A stretch of DNA of 64,000 nt from Phoronis australis (lineage: Eukaryota; Animalia; Phoronida). The notes beneath the pieces were generated by a model. The model saw nothing but the letters and a program-made list of their open reading frames with translations, was not told where the DNA came from and ran no database searches. Each line of letters opens with the position of its first letter. Within the stretch, counting starts at the first letter, position 1. Positions 11,691 through 25,200 of this stretch are shown here, piece after piece. A program made the translations under genes and the position numbers. Location of the stretch: assembly GCA_002633005.1 (NCBI GenBank), contig NMRA01000782.1, forward strand, positions 46,404 to 110,403, read 5' to 3'.

Positions 11691-14049
11691 GTTGATGTTG
11701 TTTATATTGGAATTATTAGTCTTCAAACACATCATACGTTGGTCACGTCATGTGACCTATATTTAAATCTCAAAGATCTTTGCCCCTAGCGGGCATGGTT
11801 AGCTCAGTCATTAATGTCTTTCCCATGAACCAGTCACACAATCTGATTTGAAGTTTGCCGTGCCATGGTATTGCTGCTTGAGTTTACACAATGCTGAAGC
11901 CTGGGAAACAGTATTTCACCTGACGGATGCTCTTATTTACTTCCGATGTTGCCCATTTCTATCCAAATAAATGTTTTTCCAAATTCCGCAGCAATAGATC
12001 AATTAAAAATTATTTGACTTGTTTTGTAGTATGCAGATATCATAAAATGGCAGTTAGTAATTATTTGTAATATTTGCAACAAGGTAATCACCTTTTGAAG
12101 AATAGACAAATGACAATTTTGACAATATTTTTGCAGAGTCAATGAAGAATTATCGTACGGATGGCAATAGTCACTTACAGGGGGACACTTGCATTTTGAG
12201 AACCAGTAATATTCTTGTTATCCAGGGGGAAATGCTGGCCTGAAAATGCAGTGAACCTGGAAGTGTCTTGAACCACATGATTGTTGTGCTGCCTGTGCAT
12301 ATAGAGGAAAAGCTTAATCATTATGGACAATGTATCAGTTTATCCTTGGTAGGTGTGGATATATCAGTTCTGGTTTTCACATTTCAGCAAAGCAGTGTTT
12401 CTTTGTCCTACGTCAACAACAGTTCACACTGCAAGTCATAAGTTGCCGTGGGTGATCATGTCAGTAAAAAGATGGATTGTTCCTGGGTAAGCTTGATATA
12501 CGCAGCACTTGGTGCTTCCTGTAGGCCCTGAGGTGTTGGTTTTGACTGAAGCCACATACGCTGCCATCATAAATCTTGGGTTTTCCATAGAGCCAGATGC
12601 TGTCGGTGTTTTACATATCCACTGCTGTGGATGTAATGGAGTATAGTTGTTCCTGTCGCTAGATTTGCCTCTTTAAAATTATTCCACCCATATCAGATAG
12701 TTCATTGTTGGTGATTTTGGCTTGACCTTGTTATTTCAGCATGAGATTCATTGTTGAAAATGCTTTTGTAGCAAAGTCCAATTTACTGAGTAAAACTGGA
12801 ACTTTTTGAAAAATTTTCAATTTTGTGATTGCTTTGCAATTGTCTGTCAACATTGAATGTGTGCAAAAACCTCCCATAAAGTTTTCTTTGTTAGTCAGAG
12901 TACATGTTGTACATGTCTTCTATTGTTTGTTTTAGGGTCACGGAGGAGTCCATTATTGATGTTGAGGGTTTTGTGCAGTGTGTCTCACAGAAGATTCAAG
13001 TGTGATCCCAGCATGACGTGGAAATTCATGTTACTCTGGTGGACACAGTTGATAAAGTAATAGCCAGGCTACTTTCATTACTAATGGTCAAATTTTTAAG
13101 TTACTTTATAAGTATTAATTGTAGAGCTTAAAACTACTTCCTTGATGATCACAAAATCTTATTTATTGTGCACGATAGCAATGCCCAGTTGTTCATAATC
13201 TCATGATTACATTTCTCTCAAACATTATGATTTCACATAATTAATTCATGCAAACATGAATTTGTTTGTAAAGAACTCACAATGTCTGTTTCTTTATTGT
13301 TTTAGTTTCAAAATGTATTGTGTTTTAGGTCAAGAACTCTGCAGTCAAAAATGAATACTTCATTTTTTCAAGTATTGTTCATGTCTTCATTTTTGACAGC
13401 GGAGTTCTTGACGTAAAAGGCGTTAATAAAAAACCCAGGTATGCTTTTGTTTCTAAGAAATAAGGAAACAGAATTTGCATATTTCCTGTTAAACCTTTCA
13501 TGGTGATAAAATCAGAATTTTTAGACAAAAATGCAGTCACATGATTACGAACATCTGGGTATTTTCTATGCACATAATCGATGTCTGCTATAAATATTTA
13601 AAATGATTTTGAAGTAATTTGATCCTTGGTAAAGAAGATAGCCAATTACCTGAAGAAATATAGTTTTTGTGCTTGGAAACTTATGGAAATTGAAAATAGT
13701 TTGAAACTCATGGAGAACCTTTGTCCTCCTTTTTTCTATTCATATCCCGAGGTCTTGATTTCCATTACCCTCGTTTTGCAACAGTCATTCGCTAAAATCA
13801 CTGCTTGCTTGCCTTCAGGGGGAGGGGAATCATTCAAGCACATGAGAATCAGTTGCCAAAATTGCATTTTGTCATTCATTAAATGGTCTAATATTCAAAG
13901 GTTCACTTTACGAATGTAACACGGTTCTATAAACTGAGATAAGCACCATGAAGAACTGGAGTTTGTATAAAAGTACAGAGAAAGCACTACAAGTCTCCCA
14001 TTAACCATTCACAGGTGCCATCACATTTATTCATTGCGAATCTTAAAAC

Positions 14050-14121
14050 ATATCTGGGATTTAAACCTGAGACTTCCTGATATCCTTGTAGGTGTTTCAA
14101 TCCACTGAGTTTTTTGGGGCC
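14050..14121 (-). mobile_element. Degenerate tRNA-derived SINE head
   Basis: Minus strand GGCCCC..ACTCAGTGG (A box-like) and GGTTTAAATCC (B box-like) at tRNA-like spacing. Confidence 0.4.
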
Positions 14122-14565
14122 AATAGGCGATCATAGAATTCCCATCAGACTTGGGACGGGGAATCCTACCGAGTCATGGCCAAGATCATTTCAGACTTGA
14201 AGTGATTACAGGTCATATGATGTGACCAATAAATTATGCCTAAAAGGCTAGTGTGGTAAATTCTCACCGACTAATTTCAGATAAAATCATTTGCCAAAAT
14301 TGCATTTTTTCTCATTTTTCAAGGGCTTCATTGTTGCGAATGTCCACAATTTTTCAAAATATGCTCTGTTGGTAGGCATGGTTCTGGTAAAGTATATCAT
14401 TTATGAAAAATTGACAAAATAAAATGTCATCTGTCATGCCAAACTGTGTCCTAAATTGATAAGGTTTTACCACAATACTTTCTCTTATTGTATCAACTTT
14501 CTAAATTGTAATTGGAAGTTTATGTAATAGGAACTGCTTTATTGACGTTTTATATTCGACTCCAG

Positions 14566-14714
14566 TATTTAGGGCAGAAGACTCCAACACTCACAGACAT
14601 CTGACAGGAGTTTGTCAGCCTTGACCTTGAGATGGCCTTCAACCATCATTATCCTGAAGTTCTTGACATGATTGGTGATCTGTTTATGCACATCTTCAAA
14701 GAACTGCGTGACAA
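14566..14714 (+). pseudogene. DARS1: DARS1 pseudo-exon (class II motif 2)
   Basis: ccag|TA TTT AGG GCA GAA GAC... gives [13 protein letters not shown][+G][35 protein letters not shown]|gtagg; the extra G in ACAGGAG shifts the frame. Confidence 0.9.
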
Positions 14715-14726
14715 GTAGGTCAGGGG

Positions 14727-15302
14727 AATACAGTAAGGATTCACAGTGGAGGGAGGTGGAGTGGGGGTTGGTGACAGTAAGGATTCACAGAGGAGGGAGG
14801 GNNNNNNNNNNNNNNNNNNNNNNNNNNNNNNNNNNNNNNNNNNNNNNNNNNNNNNNNNNNNNNNNNNNNNNNNNNNNNNNNNNNNNNNNNNNNNNNNNNN
14901 NNNNNNNNNNNNNNNNNNNNNNNNNNNNNNNNNNNNNNNNNNNNNNNNNNNNNNNNNNNNNNNNNNNNNNNNNNNNNNNNNNNNNNNNNNNNNNNNNNNN
15001 NNNNNNNNNNNNNNNNNNNNNNNNNNNNNNNNNNNNNNNNNNNNNNNNNNNNNNNNNNNNNNNNNNNNNNNNNNNNNNNNNNNNNNNNNNNNNNNNNNNN
15101 NNNNNNNNNNNNNNNNNNNNNNNNNNNNNNNNNNNNNNNNNNNNNNNNNNNNNNNNNNNNNNNNNNNNNNNNNNNNNNNNNNNNNNNNNNNNNNNNNNNN
15201 NNNNNNNNNNNNNNNNNNNNNNNNNNNNNNNNNNNNNNNNNNNNNNNNNNNNNNNNTGACAGTAAGGATTCACAGTGGAGGTAGGGGTGAGTGGGGGGGG
15301 GT
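14727..15302. repeat. G-rich minisatellite (ACAGTAAGGATTCACAGTGGAGG...GGGGG) spanning an assembly gap
   Basis: Units at ~14730 and ~14774, and at ~15259 on the far side of the N run 14802-15256. Confidence 0.75.
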
Positions 15303-15548
15303 GAAGGAGTTGAGTCTTACTTCACTTTTCACCCTTGGATGAGTTCCGTGATTGTAAACTATTCAAATGTCAGTGAGGATTAAGACTACGTCATAAGTAA
15401 CCTGTAGATTAACTGTTAAATAGGTTTTTGAAAACTATGTTGCATACCAGTGTTGTAGCACTGCCGAGATGCTACATTTGATGATTCATGAATATCTTGC
15501 AAGGAGAAAATGTTCCCTACTTCTTCTGGCCTTACTGTATTAAATGAG

Positions 15549-15625
15549 GAGTCAGTGTGACTCAGTGGGACAGGTTTCCGCTTCCTTTACTAAAGATCGT
15601 GGGTTTGAGTCCCACTGGGGCACAC
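15549..15625 (+). mobile_element. tRNA-derived SINE head
   Basis: TGACTCAGTGG (A box-like) and GGTTTGAGTCC (B box-like) with T-arm GTGGG/CCCAC; no complete cloverleaf. Confidence 0.5.
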
Positions 15626-16007
15626 TGCTAGATCCTATGGTCAAGTATCTAGCTCTTCAGCTCGGGTTTTGTCTATATATCATTAAAGCATAAAAATAGG
15701 TTCAGGTGATTAGTGCAATGGGCATGGTACATCATGTGCAAGTCTGCCTGCAATTTTTTTCTTTTTTATTACTAACTGCAAATTTATTTTCTCTGGTGAT
15801 CAATGTTTTTGTGTGAAGCGGCACTTTTTTAACAAATGACATCGAAGAGTGTGCTGGTTTCTGAAGATTTTAGCATCCTCTTGTGTTAAACCAAATCTTA
15901 AGTTCATGAAATGTGATGAAAGTTGACGTAGCAGGGTTACATCACTCCAAATTGAGATAGTGGTATCATTGCTGTGGTTACTGCTACAATTCAGTCTTTT
16001 GTTCCAG

Positions 16008-16076
16008 TTTTCAAACTGAAATTGCAACCGTCTGCAAGGAGTACCAGTCTGAATCGTTCGAATTCTTTGAGCCGAG
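16008..16076 (+). pseudogene. DARS1: DARS1 pseudo-exon
   Basis: ccag|T TTT CAA ACT GAA... gives FQTEIATVCKEYQSESFEFFEP|gtaag, matching DARS1 FQTEIxTVxKQxPxEPFxFLEP. Confidence 0.85.
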
Positions 16077-16531
16077 GTAAGCGTCGTTACCCTTCTGTGT
16101 GGCTTTCAACAGTGCTGTATCGCATACAAAGGGGGTTTCACAGTAACTTGTGCTGCAGTGTTCAGAGTGCATATGGATCAAAGATTGTTATTGCTGCCGG
16201 ATCCATTCTGTGGTAGGCATTTTGCTAGTTTACGAAAGACTCGTCTTTTGCTCTTGGGATTTTGCATGTGCTTGCATGTTGACGCTGTTCTTACAAGAAC
16301 CATGTGAACTGCATCTCTGGTCAGATGTGGGTAGAACTCTGCCAAACTTTGGAGCTAACTTCCCGAGTCGCAGAACCATAACAAAGGGTTCCAACCCAAA
16401 ACATAGGTGGCGCTGCATGGGGCGTTAAGTTCCTTTCACTTGGCATTATTGCCACTGGCCATTAGATTTTTTACTCACTCAAAACTCACTGGATATCTGA
16501 AAGCAGCTAGGTGCAAAAATGGTTTGGATCA

Positions 16532-18933
16532 CAGGGCTCGACGCTATTAAAATCGCCAGGTCGCATTAGCCAAAATCCCAGGTCGCTTTTTCAAAATCCA
16601 GCGCGCATTCATAAATGCCAGGTCGCAAAATTTTCCCGACATTTTTATGCGCCAAAATTGATTTTTTAGATCATCAAGAAAATGTTAAAATTATGCTCTT
16701 ACCTGCAGCCTTAAATACTCACAAATTTTAGATCGCAAAATTGACTTCGTTCATGCAGGTACGGCGTTACTGTTCTTCACGACCGCCATTGAAAGGCTTT
16801 AGAGCGCAAGGCAACTTGTCGACGTGAAAGTTCAATCAGTGCTCTCTAACTGACACGTGCATTCGAGTTGCTAAGTTTGCGATGTGAAAAGGGAGAAAAT
16901 GTCCGTTGAAAAAGTATCTGGGATTTTGCTAGGTCTGACCTGCTACTAGCTGTCATCAAAGTCATTAAAGATTCAAACTAACTTGGAGTGTAAATTCCCT
17001 CCACTTTTTGTTCCCAGCCCAAATTTTGCAACTTAACTCGACGTTTGAAAAACATGTCGAAAAAAATCCGTGAAACGATGCCCTAACGAATGACCTATTT
17101 AGCTGCGCAGGAACAATTCAGTGCAAATTTCAAAAAAACATGTAGTACTTATGCTGTTTACGTACTCAACAATTAGTTTTCCACGAAATGAATAGCCTCG
17201 GAATAATTCTCGACTCCCTCTGTGCGGGTTTCCATCAAGAAAAATAGCTGTCATACAACAACATGCATGACACTAGTGTTAACTTTCTTTCTGAGGTATA
17301 AAACAAGCCGGGATTTGGTTTTTACATCTTGAGAAAAGACATTTTTTGAAAACTGAATTTGTTGTGTAAAATGAGAATGACGCCACATAGGCTGCGTGCC
17401 AATTTTAAACCATGCGCGGTCATTTGTAGTGCGCTATGGTGTGCGCTAGCCTGAACTGTGAGTACTTAATTCGAAATTCTCAAAAGTTGAGGGGAACAGT
17501 TAGTAGATCAGTAAGAACATATTATGAAACACCTCAAAGGTAAGGAGTAGGCTTGTGCGTGAGCATAGTCGTTAACCTGAGTGTTTGCGGTAATAAGATA
17601 TTAAAAGACTGCAATGGTAAGAAACGTTATAATAAAACGACTTTGCGATGAAAACTCCATCTAGTAGGGATGACTTTCTGGATAATGTTACCACATACAC
17701 TACCCTTTTTAGCCATCCGGAATAATTTTGTTTTTAGCTGCCCGCTTCAGCCGGAACAAGATTGTTTCTATTGGAGTCTGAACATTTTATGGCGACTTTG
17801 GTCCGGGGACTGAAAAGTTGCCAGGGGGTGTATGAAGAGAAGAATAAAAAGTTCGCTAACCACAATTTTGCATCTATTACCAGTTTAGTTGCAATAGCTG
17901 GCTACGGGCATAGGATATAGGGTCTAGGGAACATTGACCTTGGGAAACGTCGGAACAGGAAAATATCAGTTCTGTGTTGTATCGGTCTCGTGGAATATCG
18001 TAAAGCATGGGGTCTTTTATAACCGCCGGGAAGAGTTCATTTTCAAATAAACCCCTGGCATCCGGGTGCTTAACAGAGCCACGCCAGTATACTCTTTCAT
18101 TTAGGACTGTCGCTGATCTCTTTTGATGTGCAGCTTTGAAGTGGTGCGCATGTGTGTGTTCACGCACTTGAATCGCTGGAGTAGGCCTACACTTCATGTT
18201 GGCAGCGACGTGTGAAAGAAAAATCATATTTCACACACGTAGCCCCAGAAACAAGTAAAGGGGTTTGAAAATTTCTTGGCAGCCGAAAATAAAGACGTGG
18301 CCGTCGTTTGGCGATTAATAGGGTTGTCATTTTCACTTTTGCTGTCTTGTGCAATAAAAATGAGACGCACATCTCTAACTCACGATTGTCTACCGGGACT
18401 GCTTGCGCGCTAACAACTGACCGACCAGTGCCACAGGCGATATCAGGGACATTGTCGTGGAGTAATTAGGACATCTTACGCGAAAAATAAACATATTTGT
18501 TCACCACAAAGTTTGGTAAGTTGATCGCTTAAGAATAACTAGAAACACCGCTGTTTTGTAACGTTTTATCACATACATGTTATGCAGTGGCCCGAAACTT
18601 TATTCGGCGAATCCGGAAATTTGCAAAAGTGGCCGAAAATATTAGCCAATGAAACGCGTCAAAAATCGATTCTACATATCCCATGTTCACGCGACTTTCT
18701 TACAAGTCATCGGGAGGGCTGTTCTCGGTTAGTGTTCTTTTAAACTTGGATTTGGCAACAACCAAATAACAGTTGGATTAACAAAAGAGTTGCTTTATAG
18801 TTGCCAGGTATCTGCATTCGTTGGAAATTCCAGGTCGCATTTTGCGACTTGATACGAGCTGACAAAAATCTCAGCTCGCATTTCCAAATTTCAGGTCGCA
18901 AATGCGACCTGCAGCTCGTTATGTCGAGCCCTG
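16532..18933. mobile_element. Non-autonomous hAT-like element with 5-bp target duplication
   Basis: TIR CAGGGCTCGAC...GTCGAGCCCTG; several subterminal CAGGTCGC/GCGACCTG motifs; GATCA flanks both ends. Confidence 0.8.
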
Positions 18934-19621
18934 GATCAAGTTAAGCAAGAACTAACATGATTTTTGTTATAGTGAAATAGATTCTTCCAGATATTTTTGC
19001 ATGTAAAACTGGCAAGAGTGAGGAGGAATATGTCATATTATCTGCCTAAGGAACATATATTATGGCAGAATGATCTAAGTGTGGGCATATGACCTTGTGA
19101 TGTGGACTTCAGAAATGACTCACTTCTCACTGATTAAGGGAAACTCTAATTTTTTCTAGAGGTCATTCATTTTGAGTGCTAGTAGGGGTGTCTCAGCACG
19201 AGTGTATTCGACTATATTGTTGTCAGGGGTAAAGCTGCGAGTGTGGGACCCCTTGGTAGGGAGCTTCCATGAAGTCTCACATTTCCGTACTTTTTTCTAG
19301 AAAGCTTCCTTTTCCTAGAGATGAATTCCATGAAACTGACCCTTTTGCAGGGATTACTGGTTTTCTCATGGTTTATTTTGAGGTTGGACACAACACTTTT
19401 ATCTAGAAAATGTTGTAGAGCTTCTGTTGTATGTAACCTCGGTGTTCCTAAATTTCTAAGACTATCCAAAGGACGAACTGAATTGACTCAAGCAGTAAAA
19501 CAGAACGTGTTCTATTAAGCACTTGGTAAGGCCGATATTAAAATGTTATTCAGTTGCCAGGTGGCTGGATGCGTGACTGTCTAACAGTTATTTTCCGGGA
19601 GATTTGATGCGGAAGTGCTCG

Positions 19622-20015
19622 NTCTCCACTGAACCTCAAAATATGTATTTTCTCTCATCAGGCATTCGTTTCAGTTCAATTTGCACATGATAACGATCGA
19701 CTTTCCATGAAAGCAAAAGAAGGAAAACACCCTTCTCCTAAGCCTGTCGCTAGCGAAGTGCCCGACACATACAGTCGCGCCCACATGCCCACGTAACAAA
19801 GGCGCACTGAGACGCAACAAAGACATTAGCATAAGAATAACAGAACATTTGCAACTAAATAAGAATAACAATAAGCGTAAAGTTACGAACGTCCCGTCAC
19901 AGTAGGTAAGGCATTTTTCACATGTACACGTTGATGGGCTGGGCACTTATTTTAGCAGTCTGAAAACACGTGGGGGGCTTATAGGGGCATGGGTGCTCAT
20001 TAGGGCTAATATGTT
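19622..20015 (-). mobile_element. Tc1/mariner-like non-autonomous element fragment
   Basis: 19900-20015 is the reverse complement of 63707-63828, which starts TA|CCGTATTCACTCTAATAAGCACCCATGCCCC; 19622-19900 matches 2276-2560. Confidence 0.6.
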
Positions 20016-20068
20016 ACTTGTATGGTCACAGTTTCGTATGATCTCATTAGTTACTAAATAAACAGTTC

Positions 20069-21641
20069 TTTTTATGCGCTCACACATTTATATGTGGCTG
20101 CATATTGCCGTCATCTCTGTCTGGGCGTCTCCTAAACCCATCATAGGAACTTGATGAGATTTGGCAGATGTATTTCTGTGAAGCTGATGACAAATGCTGG
20201 CAAATTTCAGACCTATCCAACTACAGGTCTGCCCCCTAGTGGCAATTTCATTTTTTTACGTTTACCTCTGTTCGGTCGGAGGTTCTCGGCAGATTTTCAT
20301 AAAATTTGGCCATTAGGCATCTGTTAGTGAGATGACGCTATCCTCCCGTTTTCAGATTTATTCAAGGTACTTTACACCATTTTTACTGTTTTCGAGTCTG
20401 TTATTTGGCATCCGCCCCTCTATCAACCAAACCACTCTAAGGATGATTGCGAAAAGTGGCATAATGTTCCTTCTGTGAAGAAGACAGCTGACAATGATTT
20501 TCGGAGGACTTTGAAAATTGTGCCGCCTCCTAGTGGCAGTTTTGTTTGTTTTTGTACTCATGGCTGTATCTCCTTAGTGTTGTACAGGATCTTTATAAAA
20601 TTTGAACATTTATGAAGTTGACAAGGGACGACAATGACTTTTGAACAGATCGGACTACCGGTGTTCCCTTTGTGGCAATATTTTTTTTTTTACGTTTACG
20701 CCTGTATCTTCAAATGTCCTAGATGGGTTTCCATAAAATTTCGCAGATAGGCGTCTATTAGTGAGGTGACGCTATCCATTCAGTTTTGGACTGATTCAAA
20801 GTATTTGCACCACCTGGCGGCCATTTTTATTGCTTTCGAGTCGGTTTTGTGACGTCCGCCCATCTGTCAACCAAACTACTCTTTAAAATGGTTGTGGAAA
20901 TTGGCATGCATGTTTCTACCATGAAGAGGACAACTGCTGGTGATTTTCTGATGACTTCGTCAACTGTGGCACCTCCTTGTGGCAATTTTGTTTTATTTAC
21001 GCCCGTGGCTATGTATCCCAAACTCTCTATAGGATCTTTATTAAATTTAGCTAGTATATTTATATAAAGTTGACAATGGACGCTGACAACTTTCAGACAA
21101 ATCCGACAAACGCTGTGTGCCCTAGTGGCACTTTCATTTTTTCCGTTTTCCGCTTTTTTCTCTAATCCAAGCTCTTTATTGGATTTATATGAAATTTGAT
21201 GAATAATTTTTTATTGAAACGAAGATGTGTTGGTGTTTTCAAAATGGATTTGACGTATTTTGTGCCATCTACGAGGTTTTGTGGTCTCTTACCCTCTGTC
21301 ATCATTCTTAGCATGAAGAGCACGGTTGATGATTATTTTTGGACGACTTCGACTTTTGTGACACCTCCTAGCGACAGTTATGGTTTTTTGCACCCATAGA
21401 CCCCTAGTGGCAATTTTGTTTTTTGTTTTCCTCTGTTTCTCTGAATTTCCTTGATGGTTTATATGATATTTGGTAAATAGCTTTCTATTAAAGAAGCAAT
21501 GGCAAGTTTCCATTTTTTTTGGATGGATTGATCTTATTTTGTGCCATCTAGTGGCCATTTCTGTGATACAGATAAACACCTCTAGAAGCTAATTGTTTGC
21601 GTTCCCTTCATGGGTGCATTTCAACGCTTAACATTGCTCTT
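20069..21641 (+). mobile_element. Helentron-associated non-autonomous element (HINE/DINE-like) with internal 140-160 bp tandem repeats
   Basis: 5' end TTTTTATGCGCTCAC...GTGGCTGCATAT short inverted repeat, then GTCATCTCTGTCTGGGCGTC, about 10 diverged subrepeats, and a 3' ATGGGTGCATT followed by hairpin and CTCTT. Same family as 57177-58539 and 61631-62797. Confidence 0.75.
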
Positions 21642-22108
21642 AAATGTCGGATGTGAGGTCGTACTAGAAACTCACTTGTCACTTGGTTGAGAAAGCACTG
21701 TTGATATCTGGCATTTCTCCCATTAGTTTGCACAAGAATAATTGTCAAAAGTGTCATTTTTCCATTTTTCAGAGGCAGATTACTTTGCCATATATAATGG
21801 AAATCTTACTAGATATGGTTCTACGACAGTTACACAATAGAACTCATGGTAGTAATAGATATAACTTTCCTAAATCTTTATTTTTGTAGAGGAATATCAC
21901 TTGTGAGCCATATTGTGTGCTGAATAAGCGAAGAATGGCCATAAATAATTTGATCGATATGAATTTGGCTTAAGCTTTTTAGTTTTTACTACACAATATG
22001 TCTGATTCAATACTTCTAAGGCAGAACAAAGCCTGGTGCCAGTTATAGCTGTTTTCTGTCTCATTTGTAAATTACCCCAACCTACCAATTTCACCCCCTT
22101 TTACCTCT

Positions 22109-22226
22109 CCCAGAAATCTCTACTGTAACCCAGTTACAGCCCCAGGGCACCTGTTCATCATATTTTACATCTCCCAGAAGTCTCTACTGTAACCCAGTTA
22201 CAGCCCCAGGGCACCTGTTCATCATA
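22109..22226. repeat. Two-copy tandem duplication of about 63 bp
   Basis: CCCAGAARTCTCTACTGTAACCCAGTTACAGCCCCAGGGCACCTGTTCATCATA occurs twice. Confidence 0.85.
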
Positions 22227-25200
22227 ATACAATGTGACACCAAGGCGCCTTGAAATTCTTGATGACCAAGTTTTCCTGTTTTTTTGTTGAACAATATTCT
22301 TAAGCTTGTGCCACAATACAAGACGATAGTAATCAGACAAAATACCGCTTTCCCTGTCATTAGAAATAATTCTTTCTGTTAACGGCATAATTTCTGGCAA
22401 TAACAATAGAGTAAGGTGGCAAAATCACAGTATGGCTCAGCTACCTACTAACTTTCCTGTCAATTCCCCCTCATTCTTGGTGGTGAAGGAACACTACTCT
22501 GTTGCTGAGTTTGGTTCTGCACGGCCGTCATGATGATTTTGTCTGTACTTTGGGCTTGTACTGAATGTACGTAATAGACATTTCCTGGAATCCTATAATT
22601 GTGGCCTCTCTGACTGCGTCGTACGTCTTTGCCCACACTGCTCCCCTCTATTGGTCACTTGCCACACAGGTATACATGGCTGTTCTAATGGCTATAAATA
22701 CATCAAAGTCAGTTTGCTGTTTGTGATTCTGATGCTAAGCATCATGCTGTTGCATACTGAGCTGCAGTGCTGACATAGAACATTGAAAAGTTGATTTAGT
22801 CATGATGAAATATCTTTCACGTGTTATACTCAGCTCAGAAGTGTGTTTGCAGCCTTATTTTTTGGAAACTAGGTCTATTATGCAATGCGCTTAACTTAAG
22901 TTCTGCACTAGGGGGAGTTGAATTCAACATGTGGGAATTGCCAATTTCTTTAAATTTGATATTTTGCGTGGTCACGAATGCCAGATATTGTGTCCTATGA
23001 TAAAACTGCAATATTTGTCGAGTTGGACACTTCACTGTGCTCCGTCAGACCGGCGAGAGAAGATTGCAGCTCAATTCCCAAGCTTCTTTGTTAAAAAATA
23101 ACTTTGATATATTTGTGTAGCTTTTAAAAAAGAACCGGCGCGGGTAACAAAATTGAGTCTGGTGCAGACCTGAACCGATTGTGGTAGTTTGGACCTAAAG
23201 TACGCCACACATTCACACTGCAGCCAGTCTTAAAACATGGGAAAATCACAAATTTTGCAATCAATTTTTCGTAAAACATGTAAAGAAACAAGTGCAACTG
23301 ATATCTTTGTGGACAAGCAGTGCAAAATCAGATTCAGATGCAGCAGCTGCAAGCCTGCTCTGTGGAAATCCCATGGATGCAAATTCTCNNNNNNNNNNNN
23401 NNNNNNNNNNNNNNNNNNNNNNNNNNNNNNNNNNNNNNNNNNNNNNNNNNNNNNNNNNNNNNNNNNNNNNNNNNNNNNNNNNNNNNNNNNNNNNNNNNNN
23501 NNNNNNNNNNNNNNNNNNNNNNNNNNNNNNNNNNNNNNNNNNNNNNNNNNNNNNNNNNNNNNNNNNNNNNNNNNNNNNNNNNNNNNNNNNNNNNNNNNNN
23601 NNNNNNNNNNNNNNNNNNNNNNNNNNNNNNNNNNNNNNNNNNNNNNNNNNNNNNNNNNNNNNNNNNNNNNNNNNNNNNNNNNNNNNNNNNNNNNNNNNNN
23701 NNNNNNNNNNNNNNNNNNNNNNNNNNNNNNNNNNNNNNNNNNNNNNNNNNNNNNNNNNNNNNNNNNNNNNNNNNNNNNNNNNNNNNNNNNNNNNNNNNNN
23801 NNNNNNNNNNNNNNNNNNNNNNNNNNNNNNNNNNNNNNNNNNNNNNNNNNNNNNNNNNNNNNNNNNNNNNNNNNNNNNNNNNNNNNNNNNNNNNNNNNNN
23901 NNNNNNNNNNNNNNNNNNNNNNNNNNNNNNNNNNNNNNNNNNNNNNNNNNNNNNNNNNNNNNNNNNNNNNNNNNNNNNNNNNNNNNGAAAATTCTACTAG
24001 TCAATCAGAAGCGCCGGTGTAAAAAAATTTCCCGAGGAAAATTAAGTGATACCTGCGTGCTGGCTTTTGACCAACTAGCAGCACGCAGGGAACCAGCGCG
24101 GTTTACCACGGTGAGGCCAGAAAGACTTGAGGGTTCTGGATTGAGGGGGGGGGGGCAATTTGTTTGGCCTATTTTCTATTTTTAGTCATTGACAGACAAT
24201 TAAAATGTGATTGTGGCTGACTTGGTGATTGTGGCTGACTTGGTAAGCCACAGTACTTTTAATGCCCTAGAAGATTTCATGCATGGTTTTTTGTGTATTG
24301 AAAAAATTTTGAGTCCTTGATCAGAGCATTTTTGAAATAGAGTAGTTTTCAAAATAAAATAGACACATTTTTACAGAATTCTGCCAGATTGCAACTAGTT
24401 TGAATTTACTTCCTGTCATAATTACTGGTATTTGGCAGCTTAGACAATGTAAAACAGTGTTTTTGTGGAATATTTTGTTGGAGTTCATTATGTGTGTTAT
24501 TGCAAATAACTGGTAATTGTCTATGAATGTTGTCTTGATTTTGACATTGTGCATTCAGCACTTGAACTCCTGTCCAGGTTTCTAGCCAGAATCTAAACAA
24601 ATTCTTATCAAACAGAACTGATCTTTAAGTGTACGCCAAAACATTGTCAGATTTTAATCTATCCAGTTTATTTTGAAGACTACTGTTGTGAGGCATTTTA
24701 GTTTCAAAATGGCTCTAGCACAGGCCATAAGAGACTATTTTTGCTTTTGTATGTTTCTCATTTGAAGTTTTTTGAGTTGGCCAAATTAGCCTGTGTGAGT
24801 TCAATTCACTCCCACGATGGGCGGTGGTTGTCCTAATGGCACACGACCACATCTCCATGACTTCCAAATTAGTTATGGCCACATCGTCAGTGTGCCACCA
24901 CAGGTAGTCAGGTTACTGATTTAACCACTAGTGCAACAAACAAGTGGTCATACTACATGGCCAGTGTTGAGAATTTTTGGTGTAAATTTTATTGGTGGTT
25001 TTTAGTTGTCGCCATTTTTGAGCTTTTGCTCAGTGTTATTTTGATATGATCATCTCCTGCTGTATACAGTTTTCATATTTTTTTTGTACTGAGATGCCTC
25101 GTTGATTTTTACAAAATTGGTGCAATTTTATTGCAATGGGCGCTGCATTAATACTACCCACACACCTACAGTACTTTTAAAAATGAACTAGACAGACTTC

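Noticed and set aside
12100-12700. Possible decayed transposase with a Cys-rich end
   Set aside because: Too many stops and frameshifts to assign by eye; needs a frameshift-aware HMM search.
14672-15342. Long ORFs in the track
   Set aside because: Artefacts of the N run; the real coding signal is the DARS1 exon in another frame.
23237-24185. Long ORFs of 226-297 aa
   Set aside because: Composed almost entirely of N-gap codons.
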